The notes: generated by a model from the letters alone, not told the origin. Shown: positions 49,143 to 62,569, counted from the stretch's first letter. The stretch is DNA of 64,000 bases from Lama glama (GCA_028534125.1 CM052816.1:11658001-11722000), one strand, 5' to 3'. Made by a program: numbers and translations.

Positions 49143-49949
49143 GAGGGAATGAAGAGTTTATGGAAGAGCAATCGTATCTACCCACTCTCCTCTTGGAGGC
49201 AGAATTTGATGTGGGCCCCTCTAATCTCCTTCTAAAAGACTAAAAGTACATGAAACATTCTCTTCTCCAATTATTGGGAGTCTGGTTATTATCTTCTGTT
49301 TGAAAGTTGCCAGATATTCAACTAGTAGAATACCCAAGGCGACTGAAATATGGAGAAAGGAGTGGTAGAGAGATGGTAGAATGATGCAGAAAGTGATGTG
49401 TGTATGTGGGACAAGTAAAAAGAAGGCAGCCCCTATTCCAAGTATTTGATCTGGAAAAATATGTGAGTCTCCATTGGGTTCTGTAGAGACCTCAGAAGGT
49501 GGCCCAAGGGAGGGTAATTTGTTAGACTTTTTATGCATGAACAGCAAGAGGTTAGGAGGGTTATTGATGGAGAAAAGAGATTGAGCTGGGTCTCATGCTA
49601 GAGGAATAATTGCAAAGTGTAGCCCACAAGAATTTGAATCCCTTCTGCAGTGAGGGGCTGACTTCCAGAGAGCTTCAGAGATGACAGACAACCAGCTTGG
49701 GGAAGGGGGAGGCTTACTCAGAACAATAGATGGAAGATAAGGTCTGCTTTATTTCAAAAACCATAGGGTATAGGCTCCAGTAAGGAGGCAGTTGATAAAT
49801 AGATCACATGCTTCTCCTACAAACTAAACCAGAAGAACCATGAATGTTTTTTCAGCACTGAGAATGGTAAGAGGGAGTGGAGAAGTTATCTGAAAAAATA
49901 CAGTCATTTAATGTTTGAATCAATCCAAAGACTTCTCATAGTTAAAGTA

Positions 49950-50165
49950 ATTATAATAATAGATAACACTTACATAGCATTCAGATACTATACCCTAAGT
50001 GCTTTTTATGTATTAATTTAGTAAATCCTCAAAAAAAATCCTATAAGTTAATTTCATTATATCCATTTTATAGGTGAGGAATTCAAAGCACAAAGGGAAT
50101 AAATAATGTACCCAGCATCAAACAGACAGAAGTGGTAGAACAGGGATTTGAACCCTGGGAAATGA
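49950..50165 (-). mobile_element. MIR SINE
   Basis: ataacacttacatagca...ccattttataggtgaggaa...gtggtagaacagggatttgaaccc. Confidence 0.82.
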
Positions 50166-50269
50166 AGCTGAACTATTAACGTTTTCAAAGGTTACTTTTT
50201 TTTTTTAAACATCAGAGTACATTCATGGATAACTAGCATAAAAATGTTTTCCCCAGTCACTTGAATTCT

Positions 50270-50725
50270 GTTCATTTTTTTAATTCATTCATTGAACAAG
50301 TATTAAGAACCTAGCATGTTTAAGGAACAGCTGGAGCAGAGTAAGCAAGGGAGAGACTCACAGGAAATAGAGGAAATGGGGCAGATTATGTAATGTCTTG
50401 GAGCTTTGATAAAGCTTTTAGCTTTACTCTCAATAAGATGGGTGCCTTGGGAAGGTGCTTAGCAGAAGAATGATAGAATTTGACTTTTGTTTCAAAAGAA
50501 TTTCTCTGGTTTTTGTGTTTAAAATAGCCTGGGGGTAGGGAGGGACCACAGTGCGGAGCAACCATGACCAGTTAGGAAACCTAAATAGTCCATGAAAGAC
50601 GTAGGCCTGGCTGGACCAGTGGTGGCAGAGGAGAAAATGAGATATGGACAGATTCTGGATATATTTTGAAGGTAGAGCTAATATGATGTATTAGTAGATT
50701 GATTCTGAGATCTGCGATGAAAGGA
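50270..50725 (-). mobile_element. L2 fragment
   Basis: attcattcattgaacaagtatt...gacagattctggatatattttgaaggtagagc. Confidence 0.75.
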
Positions 50726-51021
50726 TAACATTACTACTAATTCTAAGAGTAACTTTCAACCTGAAGTCCACCCCATCAGCACCAGAGCCTTCAGTGGTTA
50801 TTACTTAATTGTCATTATTATAATGCTAGTGAAATGAAGTTTTATGATATTGGAAAAAAATGACTTGAGCAAAATTTTTCGATAAGGGAGATGGCAAAGA
50901 GAGAGTGCAACTCAGTGGAAATGGGTTTTGTTAAAACATACCTTTAGGAGTGTGCTCCTCGTATGAACATCGTGTTCACGTGTCAGAGGGGAAACTGCTG
51001 AGAGCCTCTGTTCTGGAGGTC

Positions 51022-51456
51022 TGTTATGCGTTGACATGTGTCCCTAACTCAAAACTCCTGGTAGCTTAGAATGTGACCTTGTTTAGCAATAGGGCCTCTT
51101 TAGAGGTCATCAAGTCAAAATGAGGTCATTAGGGTGGGTCCTGATCCAATATGACTGGTGTCCTTTTGCGGGGAGTTTGGGCCCAGACAAGCACACTGGG
51201 AGAAAACCAAGTGAACATGGAGGCAGAGATCTGGGTGGTGATTCTGTAGGCAAAGGAGCACCACAGATGGCCAGTAAACCACCAGAAGCCAGACGAGAGG
51301 CATGGAACAGATGACGTCTCATAGCTTTCAGAAGGAGTCAATCCTGCCAACACCTTGATCTTGGACTCTGGCGTCCAGAACTGTGAGACAGTAAGCTTCT
51401 GTTTAAGCCACCTCGTCTGTGGTACTTTGTTACAGCAGCTCTAGCAAACTAATACA
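51022..51456 (+). mobile_element. MaLR solo LTR (MLT1C-like)
   Basis: TG...CA ends (tgttatg...aaactaataca); perfect 5-bp TSD AGGTC at 51017-51021 and 51457-51461. Confidence 0.93.
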
Positions 51457-53372
51457 AGGTCTCTGAATAAAGATGTGCGAAAGTCACAACTGAGCTGTGA
51501 TGGGGGCTGCCAGTGACTAATAGTGTCGAGACGAATGCTCAGCTGTGTGCTGATGACCAAGTAGACAGTTTCATCACAGCATGTAGCATAGTGTCAGTCA
51601 AACAGTAAATCCTCAGGAAACATTTGTTCCCTGATGGAATGTCTAATGTATATAGACACCCAAAGCATTGTAGGTATTCAAGAAATACCACTTTCTTTCT
51701 CCTTTGAACAATAAGCTTGAGCACTGAAAACAATTGCGAACTACACTGGGTGTTTGCCATCTTCCAGAGGAAACTACAATTGGAAGCAGACGTTCCAGTG
51801 TCAGCCAGTCAGATCCTATTGTCAGGAGGGCTTTGGTCCTTTTCATACCCTATCACTGTGTCAAGATGCTGTAATCCAGTGTAACAGTAGAAGCTTTTAG
51901 GAAGCCCGAAGTCAAGCTTCTATCCTCATGGACCATGGTAATGAGAAGAACAGAGAATGTAGAAATGGAAAGTAAAAATCCTAGCAGCATAATTATAGTC
52001 CTTTAAAAATGATAATTAAGGGCTGGATCTACCTGGGCTTATGTTTAAAAGTTTAAGTTTAGAATTCCTGCTTTAGTAAAATTAGGCTTTGTTATGACCT
52101 CCAATCAAATAGTACATTTTCTTTTTATTAACTCATCTGTAAGAATGAGAGAAACATTTTAGCCACTTTGATTTATTTGCCCTGTGTCTAAGTAATTTTG
52201 AACTTAATTTTATTAAATTTCATTGCTTTAGGTACAAACAGATCATGACAATTTTTCAATCTGCATTTTTTTAATCAATCACTGGGTCATAACTGGTAAG
52301 GATGTTCCAGGTGATGATGTAATTGATAATCTTTGTAAAATCTTCACAACATTGCTTTGAAGTTTCATGAAGGAAGCATGCAAATGGGACGAGTTCCCAA
52401 TAGCCATGTTTCTTTATGATTGCCGCAATAAAATATGTGCCAATTCCAGGGGCTGAATAAATCTTTGCCCTGAGATGGTGGTGGGGTGGCAGTCACAGTG
52501 TATAACAGCCTGTCCCTGGTTTCCCAGTGACCCGAGGCCTCCTCTTTGAGAGTAATACTGTGCAGGCACGCCGACAATGATTGGCTGCCCACGTCTTTCA
52601 TAAATAAATGCAGCCAGCTGCAACAAGAGTCTAAGTAGCTGAGGCTCCATCATTATTTATGAGACAGGTTGGGAGAAGAAGGCGGCTCTAAGAGTGCAGT
52701 AACAGCAAACACCATCTTTCCCCCAAGAAAACAGCTGACTAGAGGGAAAATCCTAAAAGAGGAAAGAAGCCAGCATCACATGCTCTTTCATGCTATCATC
52801 TTCTTAATCTTATAGATGGTAAATAATATAAAATCAAGATCATAGTGCAGGCCTTGCAGGTTCCCTTGGAAACAAGTTTATTCATCATGACCGTTGGTCG
52901 AATTAGTTGGTTAGTTTCGAGAAACTCCTTATTACTGACTTCTAGTTACTGAGGATAGGCTTGTAGAACCAAATCTTGAGTACTCTTTTTTTTTTCTTCT
53001 TCTTCTTTTTTTTTTTTTTTTACCATAATTCCACTGGTAGGGCTAAGAGCTGATATGGGATGGTAATATGATGGTAAGCTTGCAATAGACTGTCCTATCT
53101 AGGGGCATGGGGAGAGCGCTGTTTCCTGGCTGTGTGTTCCACATGGAGGGATCTCCACAGCAGTGTACTTTGCCTCTTCCTCACCCTGTTACTCACTTTT
53201 CCCCAGGGGACTGAGTAGTTCGATTGATGAGTTTGGGAGAAGGATCTAAGCATTGATGGCTCAACCCTTCTTCTTTGTCTTAGGGGGGAACTCTGCCAGC
53301 TGGAAGAATTCTTTCTGTACTTCCTTGTGTTGTAGGTACTGCAGGTGTGGACCTCCCTGGAGGAAGGCCCAT

Positions 53373-53450
53373 TGATGCTTAGAATTAGCAGTAGCTGTGA
53401 GTGGGCAAGTCTGATGCTTAGAATTAGCAGTAGCTGTGAGTGGGCAAGTC
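53373..53450. repeat. Perfect 39-bp tandem duplication
   Basis: tgatgcttagaattagcagtagctgtgagtgggcaagtc at 53373-53411 and 53412-53450. Confidence 0.98.
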
Positions 53451-53547
53451 TGCCTAAATCAGGGAGTCCAAATGTCTTGCAAACTTAGCAGTTTCTCCCC
53501 TATCAGGTTTATTGGTCATAAAGCTGATTTTTTTAATCCCCCTCATC

Positions 53548-56500
53548 TTTTAAAAAAAATTGATGTATAATTGACTTACAATATTAGTTTCAGATGTACG
53601 ATGAAGTGATTCAGTATTTTTATACATGGCAAAGTGATCACGGTAAGTCTAGTTACCGTCTGTTACCCTACAACGTAATTACAGTGTTACTGACTATTCT
53701 CTATGCTGTACTTTATATCCCTTTGACTTAACTTGTTTTGTAACTGGAAGTTTGTATCCTCTTAATCTCCCACACCATTTCACTCATCCTTGCATTCCTC
53801 TCCTTGCTGGCAACCACTAGTTCTATGTACCTATGAGTCTGTTCCTGTTTTGTTGTGTGTTCATTTGTTTAGTTCTTTATAGTCCACAAATGAGTGAAAT
53901 CATACGTTATTTGTCTTTCTCTGACTTACTTCACTTAGTATAATATCCTCTAGGTGCATCTATGTTTTCACAAATGGCAAGATTTCTTTTATTTTTTTTT
54001 AGTGGCTCAGTAATTATCCATTATTTGTATATATTACATCTTTATCCAGTCATCTGTCCATGGACACTTAGGTTGCTTCAATATCTTGGCTATTGTAAAT
54101 AATGCTGCAATGAACATATAGGGGTGTATATATATTTTTGAATTAGTGGTTTTATTTTCTGTGGGTAAATACCTAGAAGTGGAATTGCTGGATAGTATGG
54201 TAATTCTATTTTTAATTTTTTGAGGAAACTGCATACTGTTTTCCATAGTGGCTGTACTTACTGACATTCCTACCAAGAGTGTCACGAGGGTTCTTTTTTC
54301 TCCACATCCTCACCAACACTTGTCTTTTTGATGACAGTCATTCTGACAAGTGTGAGGTGATACCTCAGTGTAATTTTGATTTGCATTTCCCTGATATTAG
54401 TAATGTTGAGTATATTTTGTCTGTTAGCGATTTGTACGTCTTCCTTGGAAAAACGTCTATCCAGATCCCCTGCCCACTTTTTAACTGGGTTGGTTGTTTT
54501 CTCTGACATTGAGTTCTTTGTATAGTTTGGATATTAACCCCTTTTTTGATGTCTCATTTGTATATATCTTCATTTTGTTGATAGTTTCCTTTAATACGCA
54601 AAAGCTTTTAAGTTTGATGCAGTCCTATTTGTTTATTTTGCTTTTGTTTCCTTGCCTGAGGAGATATGTCAAAAAAAAAATGACTGTTACCAGAAAGCAT
54701 ACTTCCTATGTTGAATTCTATGAGCTTTATGGTTTCAGTTCTTACATTTAAGTCTTTAATCCATTTTGAGTTAATTTTTGTATGTAGTATGAGAAGGCAT
54801 CTCAATTTCATTCTTTTGCATGTAGCTGTCCAGTTTTCCCAACAACATTTATTGAAGAAGCTATCTCTTCCCCATTGTACATTCTAGTCTCTTTTGTCAT
54901 AGAATGACCATATATGTGTGGGTTTATTTCTGGGCTCTCTATTCTGTTAACACTGACTTATGTGTCTGTTTTTGTGCCAGTACCATACTATTCGGATTAC
55001 TGTAACATTGTAGTGTTGTATGAAATTGGGGAACGTGATACCTCCAGCTTTGTTCTTCTTTTGCAAGATTGTTTCAGCTATTGTGTTTCCATACACATTT
55101 TAGAATTATTTGTTCAATTTCTGTGAAAAATGCCACTGGTATTTTGATAGGGATTGCCTTGAATCTGTAAATTACTTTAGGTATTATGGGCATCTGAACA
55201 AGATTAATTTTTCCAATCCATGAGCATGGTATATCTTTTCATTTGTTTGTGTAATCTTCAGTTTCTTTCATCACTGTCTTACAGTTTTCCAAGTACAAGT
55301 GTTTTACCTCCCTAGGTATTAGATTTACCTCTAGCTATTTTATTCTTTTTGATCCAGTTGTAAATGGGATTCTTTTCTTAATTTCTCTTTTTGATAGTTT
55401 GTAGTTAGTAATTAGAGATGCAACAAATTTCTGTATATTAATTTTGTGTCCAACAACTGTATTGAATTCATTTATTAGTTCTAATAATTTTTTTTGGTGG
55501 GGTCTTTAGGATTTTCTATATGTAGTCTCATCTTATTTTCAAACAGTGCCTGTTTTACTTCTTTTCCAATTTGGATTTCCTTTATTTCTTGTCTGATTGT
55601 TGTGGCTAGAATTTCCAATGTTACATTGAATAAAAGTGGTGAGAGTGGGCATCCTTGTCTTGTTCCTGATCTTAGAAGGAATGCTTTCAGCTTTTCACTG
55701 TTGAGTGTGATGTTAGCTGTGGGCTTCTGGTATATGGCCTTTATTATGTTGAGGTGTATTCACTCTGTACCCATTTTGTTAACAGTTTCTAATCATAAAT
55801 TCATTTGAATTTTTTGTCAAAAGATTGTTCTGCATCTATTGAGATGATCATATGATTTTTATCTTCCGTTTGGTAATATGGTCTATCACATTGATTGATT
55901 TGTGGATATTGAAACATCCTTGCATTCCCAGGATAAATCCTACTTGATTATGGTTATATGATCCTTTTAATGTATTGTTGAATTTGTTTTACTGATATTT
56001 TGTTGATAATCTTTGCATCTATGTTCATCAGTGCTATTGGCCAGTGATTTTCTTGTCCTTTTTTTAATGTGATGTCTTTGGTTTCAGTATGAGGGTGATA
56101 TATTAAGAATTTGGAAGCTTTCTTTTTTCTCCAACTTTTTAGGAATAGTTTGAGAAATATAAGTATTAACTCTTCCTTAAACATTTGATATAACTCACCT
56201 GGACTTTTGTTGGGAGTTTTTAAATTACTGATTAAATTTCATTAGTGATAATTGTTCTGTTCATATTTTCTGTTTCTTCTTTATTCAATCTTGGAAAGTT
56301 TTATGTTTCTAGGAATTTACCCATTTCTTCTGGGTGTCTATTTTATTGGTGAGGAATTGTTCATTGTAACATCTTATAATCCTGTATATTTCTGTGATGT
56401 CAGTTGTAACATCTCTTTCGTTTCTGATTTTATTGATTTGGGCCCTCTCCTTTTTTTTTTCTTGATGAGTCAGGCTAAAGATTTATGAATTTTGTTTACC

Positions 56501-58700
56501 ATTTCAAAGAAGCAGCTCTTAGTTTTATTGATCTTTTCTATTTTTTTGAGCCTTTACTTCACTTATTTCTACTCTGATCTTTATTATTTTTTCCCTTCTA
56601 CTAATTTTAGGTTTTGCTTGTTCTACTTTTTCTAGTTCTTTTAAGTGTAAGATTGAATTGTTTATTTGAGATTTTTGTTTGTTTCTTGAGGTAGACTTGT
56701 ATCGCTATTAACTTGTCTTTTAGAACTGCTTTTGCCATGTGCCACAGATTGTGGAAAGTTTTGCTTCATTTTCATTTGTCTCCAGTTATTTTTTGATTTC
56801 CTCTTTGATTCCTTCAATGACCCATTGGTTTTTTAGTAGTATATTGTGTAGCCTCTAAATGTCCATGTTTTACATCGTGTTTTTCTTGTAGTTGATTTCT
56901 AGTCTCACATCATTGTGGTCAGAAAAGATGCTTGGTATTATTTCAATCTTCTAAAATTTATTCTGGAGAATATTCCATATGCACCTGAAAAGAATGTGTA
57001 TTCTGCTGCTTTTAGACAGCTCTCTCTTTATCTATTTAATCCATCCAGTCTAATGTGTCATTTAAGGGCAGAATTTCCTTATTGATTTCTGTCTGGATGG
57101 TCTGCCTATTGATGTAAATGGGGTGTTAAAGTCCCATACTATTATTATGTTGTTGTAAGTTTCTCCCTTTATGTCTGTTAATATTTGCTTTATGTATTTA
57201 GGTGCTCCTAGGTTGGGTGCATAGACATTTGGAAGTGTTAGATCTCGTTGGGCTGATTTCTTTATCATTATGTAATGTCTTCTTTGTCTCTTGTAACAGT
57301 CTTTGTTTTAAAGTCTATTTTGTCTGATGTAAGTATTGCTACCCTAGTTTTCATTTCTATTTGCATGGAGTAACTTTTGACATCCCTGTACTTTGAGATT
57401 TGAAATGAGCCTCTTGCAGGCAGCATATATATGAGTTTTATATTTGTATCCATTCAGCCACTCTATGTCTTTTGATTGGAGCAGTTAGTCCATTTATATT
57501 TAAAATGATTATTGATAGGTATGTACTTATTACCATTTTGTTAATTGTTTTCTGATAGTTTTTATAGTTTTTTTCCTTCTTGTGCTCTCCTCCCTTGTGA
57601 TTTTATGACTATCTTCAGTGTTATGCTTGGATTGCTCTCTCTCTTTGTATCCATTATAGATTTTCAGTCTGTGGTTACCATGAAGCTTATATTTAACCTA
57701 TATTTTAAGTTGATGGGCTCTTAAGTTTAAACACAACCTAACAATGCTGCATTTCTTACTTCCCCCCATATTTAATGTTTTTGACACCATATTTTATATA
57801 TTTTTGTTTTCCATATTCCTTAACTACCTATGTGGATATATATAATTTTACTCCTTATGTCTTTTAACCTTCCTGCTAGTTTTGTAAGTGAGTGATTGAC
57901 TACCTTTACTATATGTTTGCCTTTACCAGTGTAGATTTCCTTCCATAATTTTCACATTTTTAGTTGTGGTCTTTCCTGCTTTGAGAAGTCTATTTAACAT
58001 TTCTTGTAAAGCCAGTTTAGTAGTGCTCAACTCTTAGCTTTTCCTAATTTCTAAATCACTTTATCTTTCCTTCAGATCTGAATGATAGACCTGCCAGGCA
58101 GATTATTCTTTATTGTAAGTATTTTCCTTTTATTACTTTGAATATATCCTGCCACTCCTTCCTGGCTTGGAAAATTTCTGCTGAAAAGACAGGTGATGGT
58201 CTTGTGGGAGTTCTCTTGTGCATAAGATGTTACTTTTCCCTTGCTGCTTTTAAGATTCTCTTTTTGGTTTCAATTTTTACCATTTTAATTATAATGCTCC
58301 TTGATGTGGACATTTTTAGTTTCATTTTACTTGGACTCTTCGTGCATCTTGGATCTGAGTGTCTGTTTTCTTTCCTAGATTAGGGAATTTTTCAGCTTTT
58401 ACTCCTTCAAATAAGTTCTGTACCCCTTTCTCTCTCTCTTCTCCTTCTGGGAACTAGAATGCAAATATTAGTACATTTTATGTTGTTCCAGAGGTCTCAT
58501 AATACAGTCGTCATTAATTTTTTTCCTTTTTCTGTTCAGCTTGGGTTATTTCCACTGTTGATCCTTTCCTCTGTATCATCTAACCTACTGTTGTTTCTTT
58601 CTAGTGTGTGTTTTTTTAAGTCCCAGTTATTGTATTATTTATCTCTGCCTAGTTCTTCTTTATATTTTTTTAAACTTTGTTCAACTTCTCACTATAGTCA
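53548..58700 (-). mobile_element. Long degenerate L1 (part of ORF1, whole ORF2 span, 3'UTR), older cetartiodactyl-type lineage
   Basis: ORF2 start near 57536 (MVISTYLSIII); EN fragments VAILTSDKIDFKTK and NVYAPNLGAPKYIKQILTDIKGE; RT fragment PIALMNIDAKII; C-terminal REMQIKITLRYHLT; many stops and frameshifts. Confidence 0.95.
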
Positions 58701-59051
58701 TCTCTTTTCATTTTCATGCTCTATGTATTGCTTCCCAGATGAATAGAATGGCAAAGTGATGTGAGGACAATCACTTTGTGTCTCAGTCTAAGCCCAGTAT
58801 TAGTTGTTTCTTCTGACAGAGTTAGAAAAGTGGGTGTGTAGCTTACGTGGCAAGAAAGAAGTGATGTATGTACAAATATTTTGTAGTTTGTTGAGCATTG
58901 AGAGTATGTCAGTTATGCAGTCTTCTCCATCCTATAGTCTCTTGCTTCTTCATTTTCTTTGTTTGGTCCAGGCTTGGTGGGGTTATTGGGGTTATTTTGC
59001 AGTTGGTCTCACTATTGCCAGAATATTTTGAAAGCCCGGTGACTTGAGGTA

Positions 59052-59560
59052 TATAGCAGAAGTCTGTTGCTTTTGCTGCCTGGCTTCCATTTACTTTTCT
59101 TCTTATAACAGCATCCTGATTCCCCCAGAGGAATAATCTGTCCCTTTTACTTTGAGCTAAGCTTTAAGTAGAGTTAACTCTGCTCCAGAAATCTAGGGTG
59201 GCCATGTGATCGTGTCTGGGCTTTCAGAGCATTATATTTCCCTGGACACGGTGATTGTTTCAAGGTTGGATATATGACCTAGTAAGAGCCAATGAAACTC
59301 TTAGAAACATGTAGTTAGACTTAGCATATAGGAATTACTGTCAGCCCTCTTGCTACCATGAAAAGCCTACAAATGAAGCATCTGAATGTACAGGGTTGAG
59401 AATGACATCATCTGAAATCCTGAGTCCAGGGACAGATATACTCCTGGGTTTTTGGTTTTTTTTTAAACTCCTGGATTTTTTTAGTTAAGTGACCCAGTAA
59501 ATTTCTATTTTTGCTTGAACCATTTATTTTTGTCTCTTACGATGAGAAAGGTTCTAACAA
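59052..59560 (+). mobile_element. Old MaLR LTR (MLT1K/L-like)
   Basis: ccctggacacggtgattgtttcaaggttggatatatgacc...gccaatga...gacatcatctga...cagtaaatttctatttttgcttgaacca. Confidence 0.65.
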
Positions 59561-60134
59561 GGTCTGGATGAGCTAAAGAGTTGATATATCTGCCAGCAGA
59601 ACAGCAATGACCATAGATACCCGCGTTACTGATTTAGCAATTGTCTGCAATACATGAGAGGTTAAGTACACCTTTTCTGAAGGCTTAGCTTTTGAGATTT
59701 ACAATTGAATTGGGCTAAAATATAATATTTAGCTATTTAAGCTGGCAGCAAAGTTACTTGGTCTGATGCAGCAAGCAGTGCCAATGTCAGAATTAATAAA
59801 ATGGTTCCATGTCAAAACAATAAAGGGCAAATCACCTGGAAGGGCTATTCAGTCAGGTAGGCCTTATCGCCACTGGCCCATGGAGCACTGACCCACTTGC
59901 TTTCCCTTACTAGACACAGGTTTGGGTGAAACTGAGCTGCCAGCCGATTTAGATTTCAGAAATGGCTTTGGGAAATCACTGCTGTCTTAATGGCAAACAT
60001 GCTCTTGTAATGATTTTCTAAGAGGTAATGTAAGCGCCAGGAAGCTTTCAGGTTTTGGAAATAAAAAAGATGAAGGCATGTTTGGAAAGGAGCTGTGAGC
60101 TCAGATTAGGAAAGGAGAACTTAAAATATTTTTT

Positions 60135-60680
60135 TGCTTCCTTCAGTTTGAATATTTATCCAACACATTCTAAGTACTGGGCACCAGAGTTTAACCGTGA
60201 TATGCAGAGATGCATCTCCACTCACATGCAATGCGGGAGGGAGACAGACAGTAAATATATAAAAAGTGAATAAAATAATAATATAATAGAGATAAAAATT
60301 TAAAATAGAGTTTTAAGTCAAAGAATTATTGGGAGAGGGATCTGCTTTGTTGGAAGGTGTGGAGCGACACTGAAGCTGTGATCTGAAGGTGAGAAGGCAG
60401 CCGTTGTGCAAAGAGTACAGGACAAGTATCTAAGCCAGAGAGAAGAGTACCTGCAAAGGTTGGAGTGGGACAAGGGTCAGGGACGTTCAAGGGCCCGAAA
60501 GAAAGGGATGGTGGCTGTGGCATAGTGACAGCGGAGAACACTGAGATGAGGTTGTAAGAGTGCCAGGGGTTTGATCAGTCAGGTGTGTGAAGACTATAGA
60601 AAAGAATTTGAATTTCATGCTAATAAAATGGAGAGCCATTGGATGTTTGTTGATGCCTGAAGGTTTTTGATGCTCTGAGA
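60135..60680 (-). mobile_element. L2 fragment
   Basis: gggagacagacagtaaat...tgcaaaggttggagtgggac...gagatgaggttgtaagag...gagagccattgga. Confidence 0.72.
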
Positions 60681-60784
60681 GCAAATGTGTAATTTTTTGT
60701 AAACCAGTGCTTCTATCAAACAACCTTTGCTTATGGGTGACATCTCAACCTTAAATGTCTAATTTTTCCAGAATGAATCTTCAG

Positions 60785-60940
60785 TGACAAACTAGGGAAA
60801 AGTCATTGGACTAAGATTCAAGGTATCTGCGTTTGTGGCTTGATTCTGTTACTGATTACCAAGCATCCTTGAGCAAGTTCTTAGGCCACTTTGGATCTCA
60901 ATTCGTTATCTGGAAAATTGGAAGATGGGATTGGATGCTG
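60785..60940 (+). mobile_element. MIR/MIR3 fragment
   Basis: cattggactaagattcaagg...ccttgagcaagttc...atctggaaaattgg. Confidence 0.6.
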
Positions 60941-60941
60941 C

Positions 60942-61417
60942 ATTTATCATGACTTTTTATTGAAGGTTATAGAAACCTAGTCCAAAATGATTTAAGCAGA
61001 AAGGTATTTGTTTATTTATCTGGACAATGTGAGAGTAGTGGCTTCAGGTATTCTTGGATCTAGGACCTCAGTAGGTCACCAGGATCTGATTCTTCATCTC
61101 TTGGCACTGTATTGGCTTCACCCACCAAGAATTCCTCTCTATGGATGGTTCCCAGCAGCGCCAGGCTAGCATCATTTGTGGAGCTAGAAATCCTTGTGCA
61201 GAAGGACATTTCTTCTCTAAACTGTGTTATCAAAAGTTCCATGATGGCATGCTGACTTGGGCCATGTGCCCGTGGCTGCACTGTGGCCAAGCCCGGATCA
61301 CGTGCCCACCCTGGAGTCAGTCTGAACCACCTGAACCTAGAGTAGGGAAGGGATGTTCCCCATGTGAAAATGGAAGATGGAATGGATTCTGGATAGGCAA
61401 CCAAGACGTGTCCATTA
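60942..61417 (-). mobile_element. Old MaLR LTR (MLT1K-like)
   Basis: tagaaacctagtccaaaatgatttaagcagaaagg...ggcttcaggtattcttggatctaggacctca...gatcacgtgcccaccctggag. Confidence 0.72.
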
Positions 61418-62141
61418 ATGCTCTTTTTCGCTTTGACAGTTCCATGACACCTGCAGCAGTGGGTGTCAGTTCTGTACCACCTCTCCTTAGTTGAAATTAG
61501 CCGTTGGTTCTACAAAAAACTCCCACTTTGATCTAAGATACCAGAATTGTATGTTTACATAGTGTAAATTATGGTATAATCACCAGTTCCCACCTTTGAT
61601 TTTTGCTGTGTGTCTCTAAACTCAGCATGCACTTAAGACTATCTCCAACAATTCTTTTTCATGGGTCATAAAGCTGAGTGAAGGGTTTTGCTTTGGCACA
61701 ACCATTTACTTTCTGGCTGTGCAGGTATCCAGAGCTGAAATTTGTTGCCCCATTTCTCTTTTTCAGATTGATTTGTTGGTTGAATTGCTGGAAAAAGCTA
61801 TGGTGGCCTTATTGTTCAGCACTCTTCTGGAATTAGTTTTAACAGAACTTGAAGAATGCTTTAAAAATCACAGTATACTCTCTTTCATAGTATCTTTTCC
61901 CACAAAGAATGTGGCAACAACCCTTGAACATAACTGATCTTTCTCACATTTCCATAATTCCTGTCTCCATTCCCAACTTTGTTCCTGTTATTCCCACCCA
62001 CTGAAATGTCACCTTTCTTTAAGTTCTGGCTTTTCCATGAAATGTTGGCACTTGCTGGTCTGCCTCTGATTTCCATTTAGTACAAATCATCTTTTGCTTC
62101 TTGGTTCTGGTTTATTATTATTATTTGAACTGCATGACTTT

Positions 62142-62394
62142 CTTTTTTTAAAGAAGAAACACAATTTCTATACTGTAAAATTCATCCCTTTAAAGTATTC
62201 AATTCACTGCACAAGGATGACATGCAAATTCATGAAGCGTTCCATATTTAAAAAAAAACTATTCAATTCAGTGGTTTCTAGTGTATTCGCAAAGCTGTGC
62301 AACCACCACCACAATCTAATTCCAGAATATTTTTTTTTCCTACAAAAGAAAATCTGTGCTCATTAGAGGCCACTCTGCATTCATCCCTCAGAGA
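62142..62394 (-). mobile_element. Short L1MB-like 3' tip, host of the U6 retrocopy
   Basis: taaaattcatccctttaaagt...cagtggtttctagtgtattcgcaaagctgtgcaaccaccaccacaatctaattccagaat. TSD tgcatgacttt at 62131-62141 and 62395-62405. Confidence 0.88.
62207..62258 (+). pseudogene. RNU6: 5'-truncated, A-tailed U6 snRNA retropseudogene
   Basis: 62207-62249 ctgcacaaggatgacatgcaaattcatgaagcgttccatattt matches U6 nt ~63-105 with three changes, all at CpGs; A-run follows; 15-nt TSD aaa(g/c)tattcaattca. Confidence 0.95.
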
Positions 62395-62405
62395 TGCATG
62401 ACTTT

Positions 62406-62516
62406 TGTCTTTGAGGTTAACTCCTTGAGGGCAGTGGCCAAGACTTTTTTTGTGTGTCTCTCATAGAAGCCCAGTTCTGGGGCCATAGGAGGCATTGATA
62501 GAAATTGCTTGAATTG
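62406..62516 (+). mobile_element. L2 3' end
   Basis: taactccttgagggcagtggcc...gccataggaggcattgatagaaattgcttgaat. Confidence 0.65.
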
Positions 62517-62569
62517 CTATCTCATTATGTTGATCGCTGTTTCAATTCAAGGCAAGAATAAGAGGCCAT

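Noticed and set aside
53548..58700. Possibility of an active or domesticated L1 ORF2
   Set aside because: Numerous stops and frameshifts, and the RT catalytic motif is degenerate (reads LFENKM near 55535).
61719..61937. 72-aa hydrophobic ORF containing an acceptor-like tttcag
   Set aside because: No recognisable protein similarity and no clear donor site; cannot be supported as an exon.
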